A DNA stretch of 64,000 bases, from assembly GCA_021325135.1 (NCBI GenBank), contig JAJPHT010000039.1, positions 32,001-96,000 on the forward strand, in the 5' to 3' direction. A program made the translations under genes and the position numbers. Positions 18,484 through 26,959 of the stretch are shown here, one piece after another. This DNA is from Pseudomonadota bacterium (lineage in GTDB: Archaea; Thermoplasmatota; SW-10-69-26; JACQPN01; JAJPHT01). The notes under the pieces were generated by a model. It had not been told where the DNA came from, did no database searches, and saw nothing but the letters and a program-made list of their open reading frames with translations. Within the stretch, counting starts at the first letter, position 1. Each line of letters begins with the position of its first letter.

Positions 18484-20067
18484 ATGCCCAGGCCCTTCCT
18501 CGTCACGGTCCTCCTCGCGCTCGCCGCCGCGCCCGTCCTCGCGGGGTGCCTGACCTCCAACGGACCCAGCGCCACCACGGCGTCCACCGCCGCGGCGCCC
18601 GCCATGAACGAGACGTGGTACGCGAAGGCGCTGGCCCACGAGAAGGACCACGACCACAAGGACGTCTTCCAGCACATGAACGCCAGCACGCCCAACTTCC
18701 AGCTGCTGGGCCACGACTTCCTGCTCACGGAGGCGTACAAGGGCGCGCCCGCGTTCGGTTACGGGTGCGGCGGCACGGCGACGCGCGCGGACGGGCACCG
18801 CTACGTCGTCGTCAACGGCTTCCAGAACGACCTGACCTTCGTGCTCGTGGACGTGACCAACGCCACCGAGCCCAAGAAGGTGGGCGAGTTCTACGCCCAG
18901 GGGCTCGGCTCCTACGACGCGGACATCACGCCCGACGGCAAGTACGTCGTGCTGGCGTTCGACGGCATCCTGCGCCAGCCCGGCGGATCGGGCATCATCG
19001 CCCAACCCGCGCTCGGCTTCCGCAGCGCGTGCGTCGACGAGCGCTTCGCGCTGCCCGACCTCGCGTTCACCAACGGCATCGTGCTCGTGGACATCAGCAA
19101 CCCCGAGAAGCCCGCCTACTCGGACTGGGACCCCTCGCCCGGCTTCAACCTGCACAGCGTGAGCACCGCCAGCGTCGACAACGTGACGTGGGTCACCGGC
19201 AGCGAGCTTGGCTTCACGCACGACACGTCGTACTGGGTCTTCGACCAGATCGTGGACACGCCCCTGGGCCCCAAGCTCGCGCGCATGTCCACCTTCACGA
19301 TGCCGCCCGTGACCATGGGCGACGGCGTCGCGATCCCGCTCACCAACGGCCACACCGACGTGTTCATCGCCAAGCACCCCCTGGACAAGAAGACCTACGC
19401 CTACCTCGCGGCGTGGGAGGGCGGCGTCATCACGCTGGACATGAGCGTCGCCCAGGCCCCCGTCATGGTGGGCATGTGGACGCCGCCCGCCGCGAGCCCC
19501 ACCGCGGACCTGCCCACGGGCGGCGGCTTCCTGGACTCGGGCCCGTGCTATCACAACGCCGTCCACGAGGTGCTGGCCGCGCCGGAGGCGTGGGACGGGC
19601 ACCACTACATCTTCGCGGGCCAGGAGTGCCCCATGAAGACCGACACCAAGACACCCGGCGGGCAGGTGTTCGTCATCGACAACACGGACCCCTCGAAGCC
19701 CAAGACCGTCGGCGAGTGGCACCTCCCCGAGGACACCGGCGTCTGGACCGTCGAATACCAGGCCAGCCCCCACTACCTGGCCCTTTCCAACCGCACCCTC
19801 TTCGTGAGCGACTACCACGCGGGCGTCTGGGCCGCGGACGTGAGCAACGCCACGCTCCTGAAGTCCCCGCCCAGCATCGGCGTGTACCTCCCGGCCATGG
19901 TCCCGCAGGTCCCGCCCAAGAAGAACGACACGCTGCCCTTCGACGAGCAGGTGGACGTCTTCCCCGACGGGACCCTCGTCATCAACGAGGACACCACCGG
20001 GCTCTACGTGGTGCGCTTCGACGCGACGAACCCCGCTCCTGCTGCGCCGCCGTTCAAGTACAGTTGA
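18484..20067 (+). CDS. LVIVD-repeat beta-propeller lipoprotein (paralogue of 13605-15269)
   Basis: LAGC lipobox; shared motifs STPNF, FVLVDVT, YDxDITPDG, HSVSTAS, YHAGVWA, PPS.GV. Confidence 0.8.
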   Translation: MPRPFLVTVLLALAAAPVLAGCLTSNGPSATTASTAAAPAMNETWYAKALAHEKDHDHKDVFQHMNASTPNFQLLGHDFLLTEAYKGAPAFGYGCGGTATRADGHRYVVVNGFQNDLTFVLVDVTNATEPKKVGEFYAQGLGSYDADITPDGKYVVLAFDGILRQPGGSGIIAQPALGFRSACVDERFALPDLAFTNGIVLVDISNPEKPAYSDWDPSPGFNLHSVSTASVDNVTWVTGSELGFTHDTSYWVFDQIVDTPLGPKLARMSTFTMPPVTMGDGVAIPLTNGHTDVFIAKHPLDKKTYAYLAAWEGGVITLDMSVAQAPVMVGMWTPPAASPTADLPTGGGFLDSGPCYHNAVHEVLAAPEAWDGHHYIFAGQECPMKTDTKTPGGQVFVIDNTDPSKPKTVGEWHLPEDTGVWTVEYQASPHYLALSNRTLFVSDYHAGVWAADVSNATLLKSPPSIGVYLPAMVPQVPPKKNDTLPFDEQVDVFPDGTLVINEDTTGLYVVRFDATNPAPAAPPFKYS

Positions 20068-20085
20068 GCCGGGCCGGGCTTCTGC

Positions 20086-20200
20086 TTGGGGCTCAGGCCC
20101 CCAATCTCCCTGCTTCACGACGGGAGGGGCTCGCGTTTTTCCCCGTCCGTCGCGTCGTGGCGTCGTCGCGTCACGGGGGGAAAGGGGGTGAAGCCCCCAG
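20086..20200. repeat. REP/REPIN-like palindromic element
   Basis: GGGGCTCAGGCCCC and GGGGGTGAAGCCCCC hairpins at the two ends, downstream of a gene. Confidence 0.5.
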
Positions 20201-20338
20201 CGGAGAAACGCGACCCTCTGCTATCACCGCTCCATCGATGGCGCCGCAAGGACGCAGCCACCCGGCCAGCGCGACCGACGAGGCGGCGAGAAGCGTCTTA
20301 GCGGGCGTCCTTTCGAGGGTCAGCTCGGTGAACCAGAG

Positions 20339-20536
20339 ATGCTGACTGCACTCGCCGCGACGTTCGGCATGCCCGGGGGCCTGTTGGGGCTCATCGTGCT
20401 CTTCCTCGTGCTCGCGCTGATCGCCTACGTGCTCGGAGCCCGGGGGGTGGCCGGCTTCTCCATGGAGCTGGCGCGCATCCTCATCGTGGTCTTCGTGATC
20501 CTCGCCGTCCTGGCGCTGATCGTAGGCGTCATCTAG
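20339..20536 (+). CDS. DUF1328 (UPF0391) small membrane protein
   Basis: LALIAYVLGARGVAGFSMELARIL. Confidence 0.85.
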   Translation: MLTALAATFGMPGGLLGLIVLFLVLALIAYVLGARGVAGFSMELARILIVVFVILAVLALIVGVI

Positions 20537-22110
20537 CGCCGGCGCAGCAGAAGCGCAGCGCCCGCGACGCCCAGCGCCACCAGCGCGAGGGCGGGCTCGG
20601 GCGCGCGCTTCTCGCCCGCGGAGCCACCGATGGCCGCCGCGGAGACGACCTGCCCGGGCGCCACCTTGGCGTGGAACACGATGGGCTGCCCGGGGCCGTC
20701 GGGGCCCTGGAAGACCACGGGCTCGGCGTCGGTGGGCGCCGCGTCGACCTGCACCGTGTAGTCGCCCGCGTCGGGGAGGAGCACCGTGGCGTGCGTGAGG
20801 CCCGACTCGTGGGTGTGCAGCTTGAAGTTGTAGAGGGCGGGCTGGCCCTTGGCGCCGATGGTCACGTCGACCTCGCTGTGCTCGATGGCGCCGCCGGGGC
20901 CCATGACGCTGAAGGTGAGGTTGGCGGGCTGGCCCGCGACGATCTTGTCAAGGCCTTGGACGCTCACGGTGCCTTGCGCAGTGCCGGCGCCCGGGCTGCC
21001 CGTGAGGGAGAGGGGCGTCACCGGAGGAAGCACCTGGACGTGGAAGGGCACGGTGACGTGCGCCGATCCGTCGTTGGCGGTGAGCGTGCCGTCGTAGGCG
21101 CCCGGCGCGCTGGGGACGTAGAGGTACTCGAAGTGGCCGTCGTACTCGTGGAGCGACTTGCTCTGGAACACGGTGCCGCGGGGGCCGTGCAGCTCGAAGG
21201 CGAAGTCCACGTGGGGCATGGGCATGCTGTCGTTGCCCTCCACGAGGCCCGAGAGGCGGATGGGGTCGCCCATGCCCACCTGGTTCTGCGGGTCGTACAT
21301 GCCGTGGAGCGTGAGGCCGCCGGAGGACGCGGTCGCGCCCGCGGGGCTCATCACGTCGTCCTGCGACTGGGGCAGGCCCATGGGGTCGGGCGCGGCGGGG
21401 AGGGCAAGGGGGCCGGCGGTGAAGGAGGCGTCCGCGACGACGGCGCGCACGTCCGTGCTCTTGCCGGTGCCGAACGCCTTGTAGGCCGTGACGTGGAGCG
21501 CGTAGTCGCCCGGCGCGTCGAAGGCCTGCGTGAGCTTGATGGGCTCCTCGTGGATGTGCGCGTGCAGGCGCGAGACGAGCGCGCCCGTCGCCTTGCTGCG
21601 CCACTCCAGGAGCGCGTCCGTGTGGGGGATCGTCTTGCCGTCGGGGCCCACGATGTCCAGGACGACGTCGGCAGAGTTGCCGTTGTCCATGGTGGGCGCG
21701 GCCTTGACGACGGCCTTGGCGACGGTTTCATTCGCGGCCTGCACGGCGTCGCCCTCGAAGAGGCCCATGCCCATCTTGCCGCTCATGGCCATGACCTTGT
21801 AGTGGCCGGGGAAGGGGAACACGAGGTCGAGGCTGAAGAGGCCGTCGTACTCGTGCGTGTCGTTGGTGTGGAACACGGTCTCGTTGTCCAGCGTGACGAG
21901 GAACTCGGCGTTCTGGTGGACGACGGGCATGCCCTTGGCGTCCAGCAGCGCGAAGCCCAGGTGGGTCACGGCACCCACCACGGCGCGGCCGTTGTCGGGG
22001 CCGTCGTGGAGGACCATCGCCATGCCTTCGCCGCCCATCATGCCTTCGTGCTGGGCCGACGCAAGCGGGACGAGGGCGAGGACGGCCGCGAGGGCAAGCT
22101 GGAACCGCAT
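20533..22110 (-). CDS. Secreted His-motif repeat (YtkA/FixH-like Ig) putative metal-binding protein with C-terminal anchor
   Basis: Signal peptide; HEYDG(L/H)F twice; LHAHIHE and LHTHES; ends APEP-TM-RRR. Confidence 0.75.
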   Translation of the reverse strand: MRFQLALAAVLALVPLASAQHEGMMGGEGMAMVLHDGPDNGRAVVGAVTHLGFALLDAKGMPVVHQNAEFLVTLDNETVFHTNDTHEYDGLFSLDLVFPFPGHYKVMAMSGKMGMGLFEGDAVQAANETVAKAVVKAAPTMDNGNSADVVLDIVGPDGKTIPHTDALLEWRSKATGALVSRLHAHIHEEPIKLTQAFDAPGDYALHVTAYKAFGTGKSTDVRAVVADASFTAGPLALPAAPDPMGLPQSQDDVMSPAGATASSGGLTLHGMYDPQNQVGMGDPIRLSGLVEGNDSMPMPHVDFAFELHGPRGTVFQSKSLHEYDGHFEYLYVPSAPGAYDGTLTANDGSAHVTVPFHVQVLPPVTPLSLTGSPGAGTAQGTVSVQGLDKIVAGQPANLTFSVMGPGGAIEHSEVDVTIGAKGQPALYNFKLHTHESGLTHATVLLPDAGDYTVQVDAAPTDAEPVVFQGPDGPGQPIVFHAKVAPGQVVSAAAIGGSAGEKRAPEPALALVALGVAGAALLLRRR

Positions 22111-22254
22111 GGCGTTCGGTTTCCACCACCTGGGGCGGCTTGAAGAACGTTGTGGCACGCCCCGCACCGATCATGCCAGGGGATTCGGGCATCGTGTGCC
22201 CACATGTGGGGAACGAGTCCAGAGCGGGGGAGCGAACCCCCGCGTCCGGCGGTC

Positions 22255-22449
22255 CTACGGGAGGACAGACGCGCCGTCGACGGCCAGGCTCGCGGAGCCG
22301 TCCGTGCCGACGGAGGCGTCCACGGTGTGGGTGCCGTCCGCGGGGGTGCCCGCGCCGATGGTCTGCTCGAGGTGCACGTTGATGCCGTCGGCCACTGCCA
22401 CGCCGCTGAACGCCAGCATGGCCACGACCGCGAAGAGGACGTACTTCAT
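22255..22449 (-). CDS. Small secreted protein (64 aa)
   Basis: MKYVLFAVVAMLAFSGVAVA signal peptide. Confidence 0.65.
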   Translation of the reverse strand: MKYVLFAVVAMLAFSGVAVADGINVHLEQTIGAGTPADGTHTVDASVGTDGSASLAVDGASVLP

Positions 22450-22595
22450 GGGATCAGGTTCTCCGTAGCCCCCCGGGACTTGCGCCCCAGGCAGCACACC
22501 CTTGAATGCTATGGTTGAATTCTCCTTTCTCGTCCACGGCTGAATGCTCGCTTGGATTCTGGGGTCTGTTCTAGAACGCCTGATGTTCACGCTGG

Positions 22596-24011
22596 GTGCG
22601 CGGCGAGGGGAGGGCGGCGGAAGAGGGCGTCCCCACCGCCACGTTGAAGGCGGAGGCCCCGGCTGCCGCGGCCGTGGAGCGCATCCGGCCCTCGGCGACC
22701 GTGATCCTCGTCCGCCACCACCCCGACCTCCAGGTCTACCTCGTGGAGCGAGGCCAGCGCACGCGCTTCTTCCCGGGCTACCACGCCTTTCCCGGCGGCA
22801 CGCTGGACCCCGCCGACGGCCAGGGCGAGGACGCCCGACGCCGCGCCGCCGTGCGCGAGGTGGAGGAGGAGGTCCGCATCGCGCTGCGCCCCGAGGACCT
22901 CGTGGAGGCGGGCCGGCTCCTCACGCCCCCCTTCGGCCCGCTGCGCTACGACACGTCCTTCTTCGTCGCGGAGCTTCCCAAGGGCGCCGAGCCCCAGGTC
23001 GACGGCGAGGAGCTCGTCTCCGGCGCCTGGTGGCGCCCCGCCGAGGCCCTCGCGCGCTTCGAGCACCACGCCATGCCCATCCCCCCGCCGACGCTCGCCT
23101 ACCTGCATCTCCTGGCGACGCACGGCGACGCGCGCAAGGCCGCCGAGGCCGCGCGGGCCACCGACGGCAAGCCCCACCACGAGAGATTCCGCATCGAGCT
23201 TCACCCGGGCGTCTACGCGCTGCCGCTGCGCACGCCCACGCTGCCCCCCGCGACCACCACGAATTGCTATCTCCTCGACGGCGACCCCATCGTGGTGGTC
23301 GACCCCGGCTCGGCCGATCCCGCGGAGAACGTCGCCCTCACGCACACGCTGGACGGGATGACGCGGGACGGCCGCCAGGGCGTCGTCCTCCTCACGCACC
23401 ACCACCACGACCACACCGGCGGCGCGGCGCTGCTCAAGGAGCGGTACGGCTTCCGCGTCATCGCCCACGCCGCGACGCGCGACGCGCTGCCCGAGGGGCT
23501 CGTGGACGAAGTGGTGGAGGACGGCGAGGAGATGGACCTGGGCGTCTGGGGCCCCCGGCCGTGGACGGTCGAGGTGCTGCACACGCCGGGCCACACGCCG
23601 GGCCACGTCGCGCTGCGCGACGCGCGCTGGGGCGCCATCCTCGCGGGCGACCTCGTGAGCGGGGTCTCCACGATCCTCGTGGACCCCGACGAGGGCGACA
23701 TGGGCCAATACCTGGCCTCGCTGGCGCGCTGCGCTGCGCTGGCGCCCCCGCTGGTCCTGCCCGCGCACGGCCCCGTCATGCCCGGGCGCGCGTTCGCGCA
23801 GACGCTGGAGCACCGCCGCATGCGCGAGGCGAAGGCGCTGGCCGCCTTGCGCGCCGAGCCCCGCGCCGTCGCGGAGATGGTCCCCGAGGTCTACGACGAC
23901 ACGCCCCGCGAGGCGTGGCCCCTGGCGGAGCGCAGCCTGGAGTCGATCCTGCACTGGCTTGCGCGCGAAGGGAAGGCGCAGCGGGCGGGCCAGGGCTGGT
24001 GCCGGACGTAA
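22596..24011 (+). CDS. NUDIX + MBL-fold hydrolase fusion (LACTB2-like C-terminus)
   Basis: FPGG...AAVREVEEEV Nudix box; THHHHDHTGG, PGHTPGH, AGD, PAHG; start uncertain. Confidence 0.85.
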   Translation: MRGEGRAAEEGVPTATLKAEAPAAAAVERIRPSATVILVRHHPDLQVYLVERGQRTRFFPGYHAFPGGTLDPADGQGEDARRRAAVREVEEEVRIALRPEDLVEAGRLLTPPFGPLRYDTSFFVAELPKGAEPQVDGEELVSGAWWRPAEALARFEHHAMPIPPPTLAYLHLLATHGDARKAAEAARATDGKPHHERFRIELHPGVYALPLRTPTLPPATTTNCYLLDGDPIVVVDPGSADPAENVALTHTLDGMTRDGRQGVVLLTHHHHDHTGGAALLKERYGFRVIAHAATRDALPEGLVDEVVEDGEEMDLGVWGPRPWTVEVLHTPGHTPGHVALRDARWGAILAGDLVSGVSTILVDPDEGDMGQYLASLARCAALAPPLVLPAHGPVMPGRAFAQTLEHRRMREAKALAALRAEPRAVAEMVPEVYDDTPREAWPLAERSLESILHWLAREGKAQRAGQGWCRT

Positions 24012-24055
24012 TCCGGCAAGCCTAAGCATGCCCCGCGAGAGAGCCTGCGAGCGCC

Positions 24056-24472
24056 ATGATGCCCGCGTTCACGGTCCACTGGCTCGCGGTGGCCCTCGGC
24101 GTCGTCATCAGCATGGTCGTGGGCGGCGTGACGTTCGCGCGCCCCGTGCTGGGCGACTACTGGATGGGCCTGATCGAGATGCGCGCCGACCGCGTCCGCC
24201 GCGAGGACGCCACGCGCGGCATCGTCGTCGCGCTCGTCCTCGCCCTCCTGCTCAACCTCGGCTTCAACGTCCTCCTGGGATGGACGGGCGCGGCGGGAGC
24301 GGGCCAGGGCGCGTTCCTCGGCCTCCTGGCGTGGCTCGCCTTCGCGGTGCCCACCGCCGTCGTCCATCCCACCTTCGAGGGGCGCCCCCCGATGCTGGCC
24401 GTCCTCTACGTGGGCCAGCACCTCGTGGAGTACCTGCTCATCGGGCTCGCGCAGGGCTGGCTGTCGAGCTGA
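24056..24472 (+). CDS. DUF1761-like membrane protein
   Basis: 4 TM segments; FARPVLGDYW, GAFLGLLAWLAF. Confidence 0.7.
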   Translation: MMPAFTVHWLAVALGVVISMVVGGVTFARPVLGDYWMGLIEMRADRVRREDATRGIVVALVLALLLNLGFNVLLGWTGAAGAGQGAFLGLLAWLAFAVPTAVVHPTFEGRPPMLAVLYVGQHLVEYLLIGLAQGWLSS

Positions 24473-24797
24473 GCCACCGCGCGTACCGTTGCCGCGTGAG
24501 CCCCAGCAGCGGCCTCCCCTCCAGCCGCGCCCCCTCGCGCCCTTCTTCGAAGAGAAGCACGGTCGGGCTGATGCGCATGCCCCACGCGTCCCACTGCGCG
24601 TGGTCGCGCTCCTCCACGAGAAGGTCGGTGGCCGCGACCCCCTGCGCGGCGCTCACCTCGAAGAACGCCTGCCGGAACGCCGCGCCGTAAGGGCAGATGG
24701 TGCTCCGCAGCAGGACCGCGATGCGGGGCTCCCTCGCGAGGCGCGAGCGGAGTGCATCGGCCTCGTGGGGTGCGTAGTCGGCGGGCGGGACCAGCAT
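24438..24797 (-). CDS. Thioredoxin-fold protein with atypical active site
   Basis: TICPYG, WGMRISPTVLLFEEGREGARLEG. Confidence 0.7.
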   Translation of the reverse strand: MLVPPADYAPHEADALRSRLAREPRIAVLLRSTICPYGAAFRQAFFEVSAAQGVAATDLLVEERDHAQWDAWGMRISPTVLLFEEGREGARLEGRPLLGLTRQRYARWLSSTASPARAR

Positions 24798-24872
24798 CGA
24801 ATTGGCGAAGGGTCCACTCCTCCTGAAGCTTGCCCGTGGCGTTATCCGCTTGCGGGTCCATGGCGCGGGCGC

Positions 24873-25049
24873 ATGAAGACCGTCATCATCGCCATGCTCT
24901 GCATCGGCGCCATCCTTGGCTTGCCCCTCGCCAGCGCCGAGCCTTGCCTCCTGCCTTTCGCGTGCTTCCCCAGCGACCCGGTCTGCGATACCGTCGCCGG
25001 CGTGCTCAACGTGGTCGTTGACACTGTCAACGGCGTGACGTGCTCCTAG
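24873..25049 (+). CDS. Small secreted Cys-containing peptide (58 aa)
   Basis: MKTVIIAMLCIGAILGLPLASA signal peptide; 4 Cys in the mature part. Confidence 0.6.
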   Translation: MKTVIIAMLCIGAILGLPLASAEPCLLPFACFPSDPVCDTVAGVLNVVVDTVNGVTCS

Positions 25050-25050
25050 A

Positions 25051-25140
25051 GGGGGGTTAGGGGGGCGAAGCCCCCTGACGTGAAGAAAAAGTCCAGCAGA
25101 CGACCAAAAACGTCAGGGGGCTGCGCCCCCTGAAACCCCC
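25051..25140. repeat. REPIN-like inverted pair of REP palindromes between convergent genes
   Basis: GGGGGCGAAGCCCCCTGACGT ... ACGTCAGGGGGCTGCGCCCCC; arms ~30 bp, A-rich loop. Confidence 0.8.
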
Positions 25141-25153
25141 GCTTTTGGCGCGC

Positions 25154-26152
25154 CTACTCCTTCTTCAGGTACTCCAGGATCTTCGGGATGATCTCGCGCG
25201 CGTCCCCGATGAGCCCGTACTGCGCGTAGCGGAAGATGGGCGCCTTCTTGTCGGCGTTGATGCCCACGACGGTGTCCGCGTCGCGGATGCCGTAGTAGTG
25301 CTCGAACTGGCCGGAGACGCCCGCGGCGACGTAGAGCTTCGGCGCGACGTGGTGCCCCGTGGCGCCCACCTGGCGCTCGGCGGGGGCGAGGCCGAACTGC
25401 ACCGCGGCGCGGGAGGCGCCCCACGCGCCGTTGAGGGCGTGGGCAAGCTGCTGCACGAGGGCGAACTCGTCCTTGGTGAAGCCCAAGCCGCCCGTGACGA
25501 CGACCTCCGCGGACTCCAGGGGCGCCTCGGGGAGCGGCTCGTCCTCGATGCCGAGAAGCTGCACCTTGAGCGCGGCCTTGGGGACGTCCACGTCGAGGCT
25601 CTCCACGCTGCCGTAGCGCGAGTCGTCGGGGAAGCCGGGGCGCGCGGCGCCGGGGCGCAGGCTCGCGATCTGCGGGCGGTGGCGCGGGATGGTGGCCGCG
25701 GCCTCCACGCTGCCGTCGTAGGTGAGGCGCTTCGCGATGAGGAGGCGGTCCGTCTCGTCCACGTCGAGCTTGGTCGCGTCGGAGAGGGCGCCCGTGCCCA
25801 GGGCGGCGCCCAGACGCGGCGCGAGGTCGAGGCCCAGGGGCGTCGCGCTCATGAGCACGATCTCGGGCTTGCGCTCCTTGACCACGGGCAGCGCGGCGGC
25901 GAAGTACGCGTCGATGTTGCCGATGGTCAGCTCCTCGTGGCGGCCCAGGAGCACGATGTCCGCGCCCTGGTGGATGGCGACTTCGCCCAGCCCCTCGACG
26001 TCGGTGCCCAGCACCAGCGCCTCCACGCGGCAGCCGAGGCCGTCCGCAAGCTCGCGGGCCTTGGAGAGCACCTCCAGGCTCGTCTTGGGGAAGTGGTCGC
26101 CCCGCGTCTCCAGGACGACGAGGATGTCGCGGTGGTCCGCGCGCTGCGCCAT
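25154..26152 (-). CDS. etfA: Electron transfer flavoprotein alpha subunit
   Basis: GASRAAV, QVGATG..VAPKLYVAAGVSGQFEH, INADKKAPIF. Confidence 0.93.
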   Translation of the reverse strand: MAQRADHRDILVVLETRGDHFPKTSLEVLSKARELADGLGCRVEALVLGTDVEGLGEVAIHQGADIVLLGRHEELTIGNIDAYFAAALPVVKERKPEIVLMSATPLGLDLAPRLGAALGTGALSDATKLDVDETDRLLIAKRLTYDGSVEAAATIPRHRPQIASLRPGAARPGFPDDSRYGSVESLDVDVPKAALKVQLLGIEDEPLPEAPLESAEVVVTGGLGFTKDEFALVQQLAHALNGAWGASRAAVQFGLAPAERQVGATGHHVAPKLYVAAGVSGQFEHYYGIRDADTVVGINADKKAPIFRYAQYGLIGDAREIIPKILEYLKKE

Positions 26153-26950
26153 CTAGCTCATCCCCCGGGCGCGGATGCGGCGGACGAAGGAGCGCGCGAC
26201 CTCGTCGGCGTCCCCCTCGAAAAGCTCGCAGGCGGCCTTGTCCTTGCGCTCGGCGGCGATCTTCTCGAAGCGCCGGACGCGCGTCGGGCTCCCTTCGCGG
26301 CCCACGGAGTCCTCGTGGAGGTCCAGGTCGCGGCGGTTCCAGACGGTGACCTCCTTGTCGCGGAACGCGTCCGAGACGCCCCACGCCGTCGCGATGCGCG
26401 GCTTGGGCACCTCCTCGGAGACGGAGAGGAGGCACGGCAGCGGCACCTCGTAGGTGGCAATCTTCGCGCCGAAGCGCTTCTTGACGCGCAGCTTCTTGCC
26501 GGCGGCCTCCGCGCTGGTGATGAAGGTCACGCTGGGAACGTTGAGGATCTGCGCGATCATGGGGCCGACGCCCGCCGCGCGGCGGTCCGCGGTGCGTCCT
26601 CCGGTGAGGATCAATTCGGCGCGCATCTTCTCGGCGGCGGCAGCCAGCACGCGCGCGGTGGCCAGCGTGTCGGCGCCCTCGAAGCTCTTGTCGGCCAGGA
26701 GCACCGCCTTGTCGGCGCCCATGGCGAGGCCTTCGCGCAGCGCGACGGTGCGGTCCGAGTGGCTCATGCACGCGACGGTGACGCTGCCGCCCTGCTCCTC
26801 GCGCAGGCGCAGGCCAAGCTCGATGGCGCGCTTCTCCCACTTGTTGATGACGTAGCGCGCGCCCTCCAGCACGGGCTCCCCCGTGCGGCGGCTCACGGTG
26901 ACGTTGAGGTCGGAGGGGACGGGACGGACGAAGACGACGATGTTCGGCAC
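26153..26950 (-). CDS. etfB: Electron transfer flavoprotein beta subunit
   Basis: GLAMGAD, GADTLATA, GSPTRV; directly upstream of etfA. Confidence 0.93.
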   Translation of the reverse strand: MPNIVVFVRPVPSDLNVTVSRRTGEPVLEGARYVINKWEKRAIELGLRLREEQGGSVTVACMSHSDRTVALREGLAMGADKAVLLADKSFEGADTLATARVLAAAAEKMRAELILTGGRTADRRAAGVGPMIAQILNVPSVTFITSAEAAGKKLRVKKRFGAKIATYEVPLPCLLSVSEEVPKPRIATAWGVSDAFRDKEVTVWNRRDLDLHEDSVGREGSPTRVRRFEKIAAERKDKAACELFEGDADEVARSFVRRIRARGMS

Positions 26951-26959
26951 GATATCACC

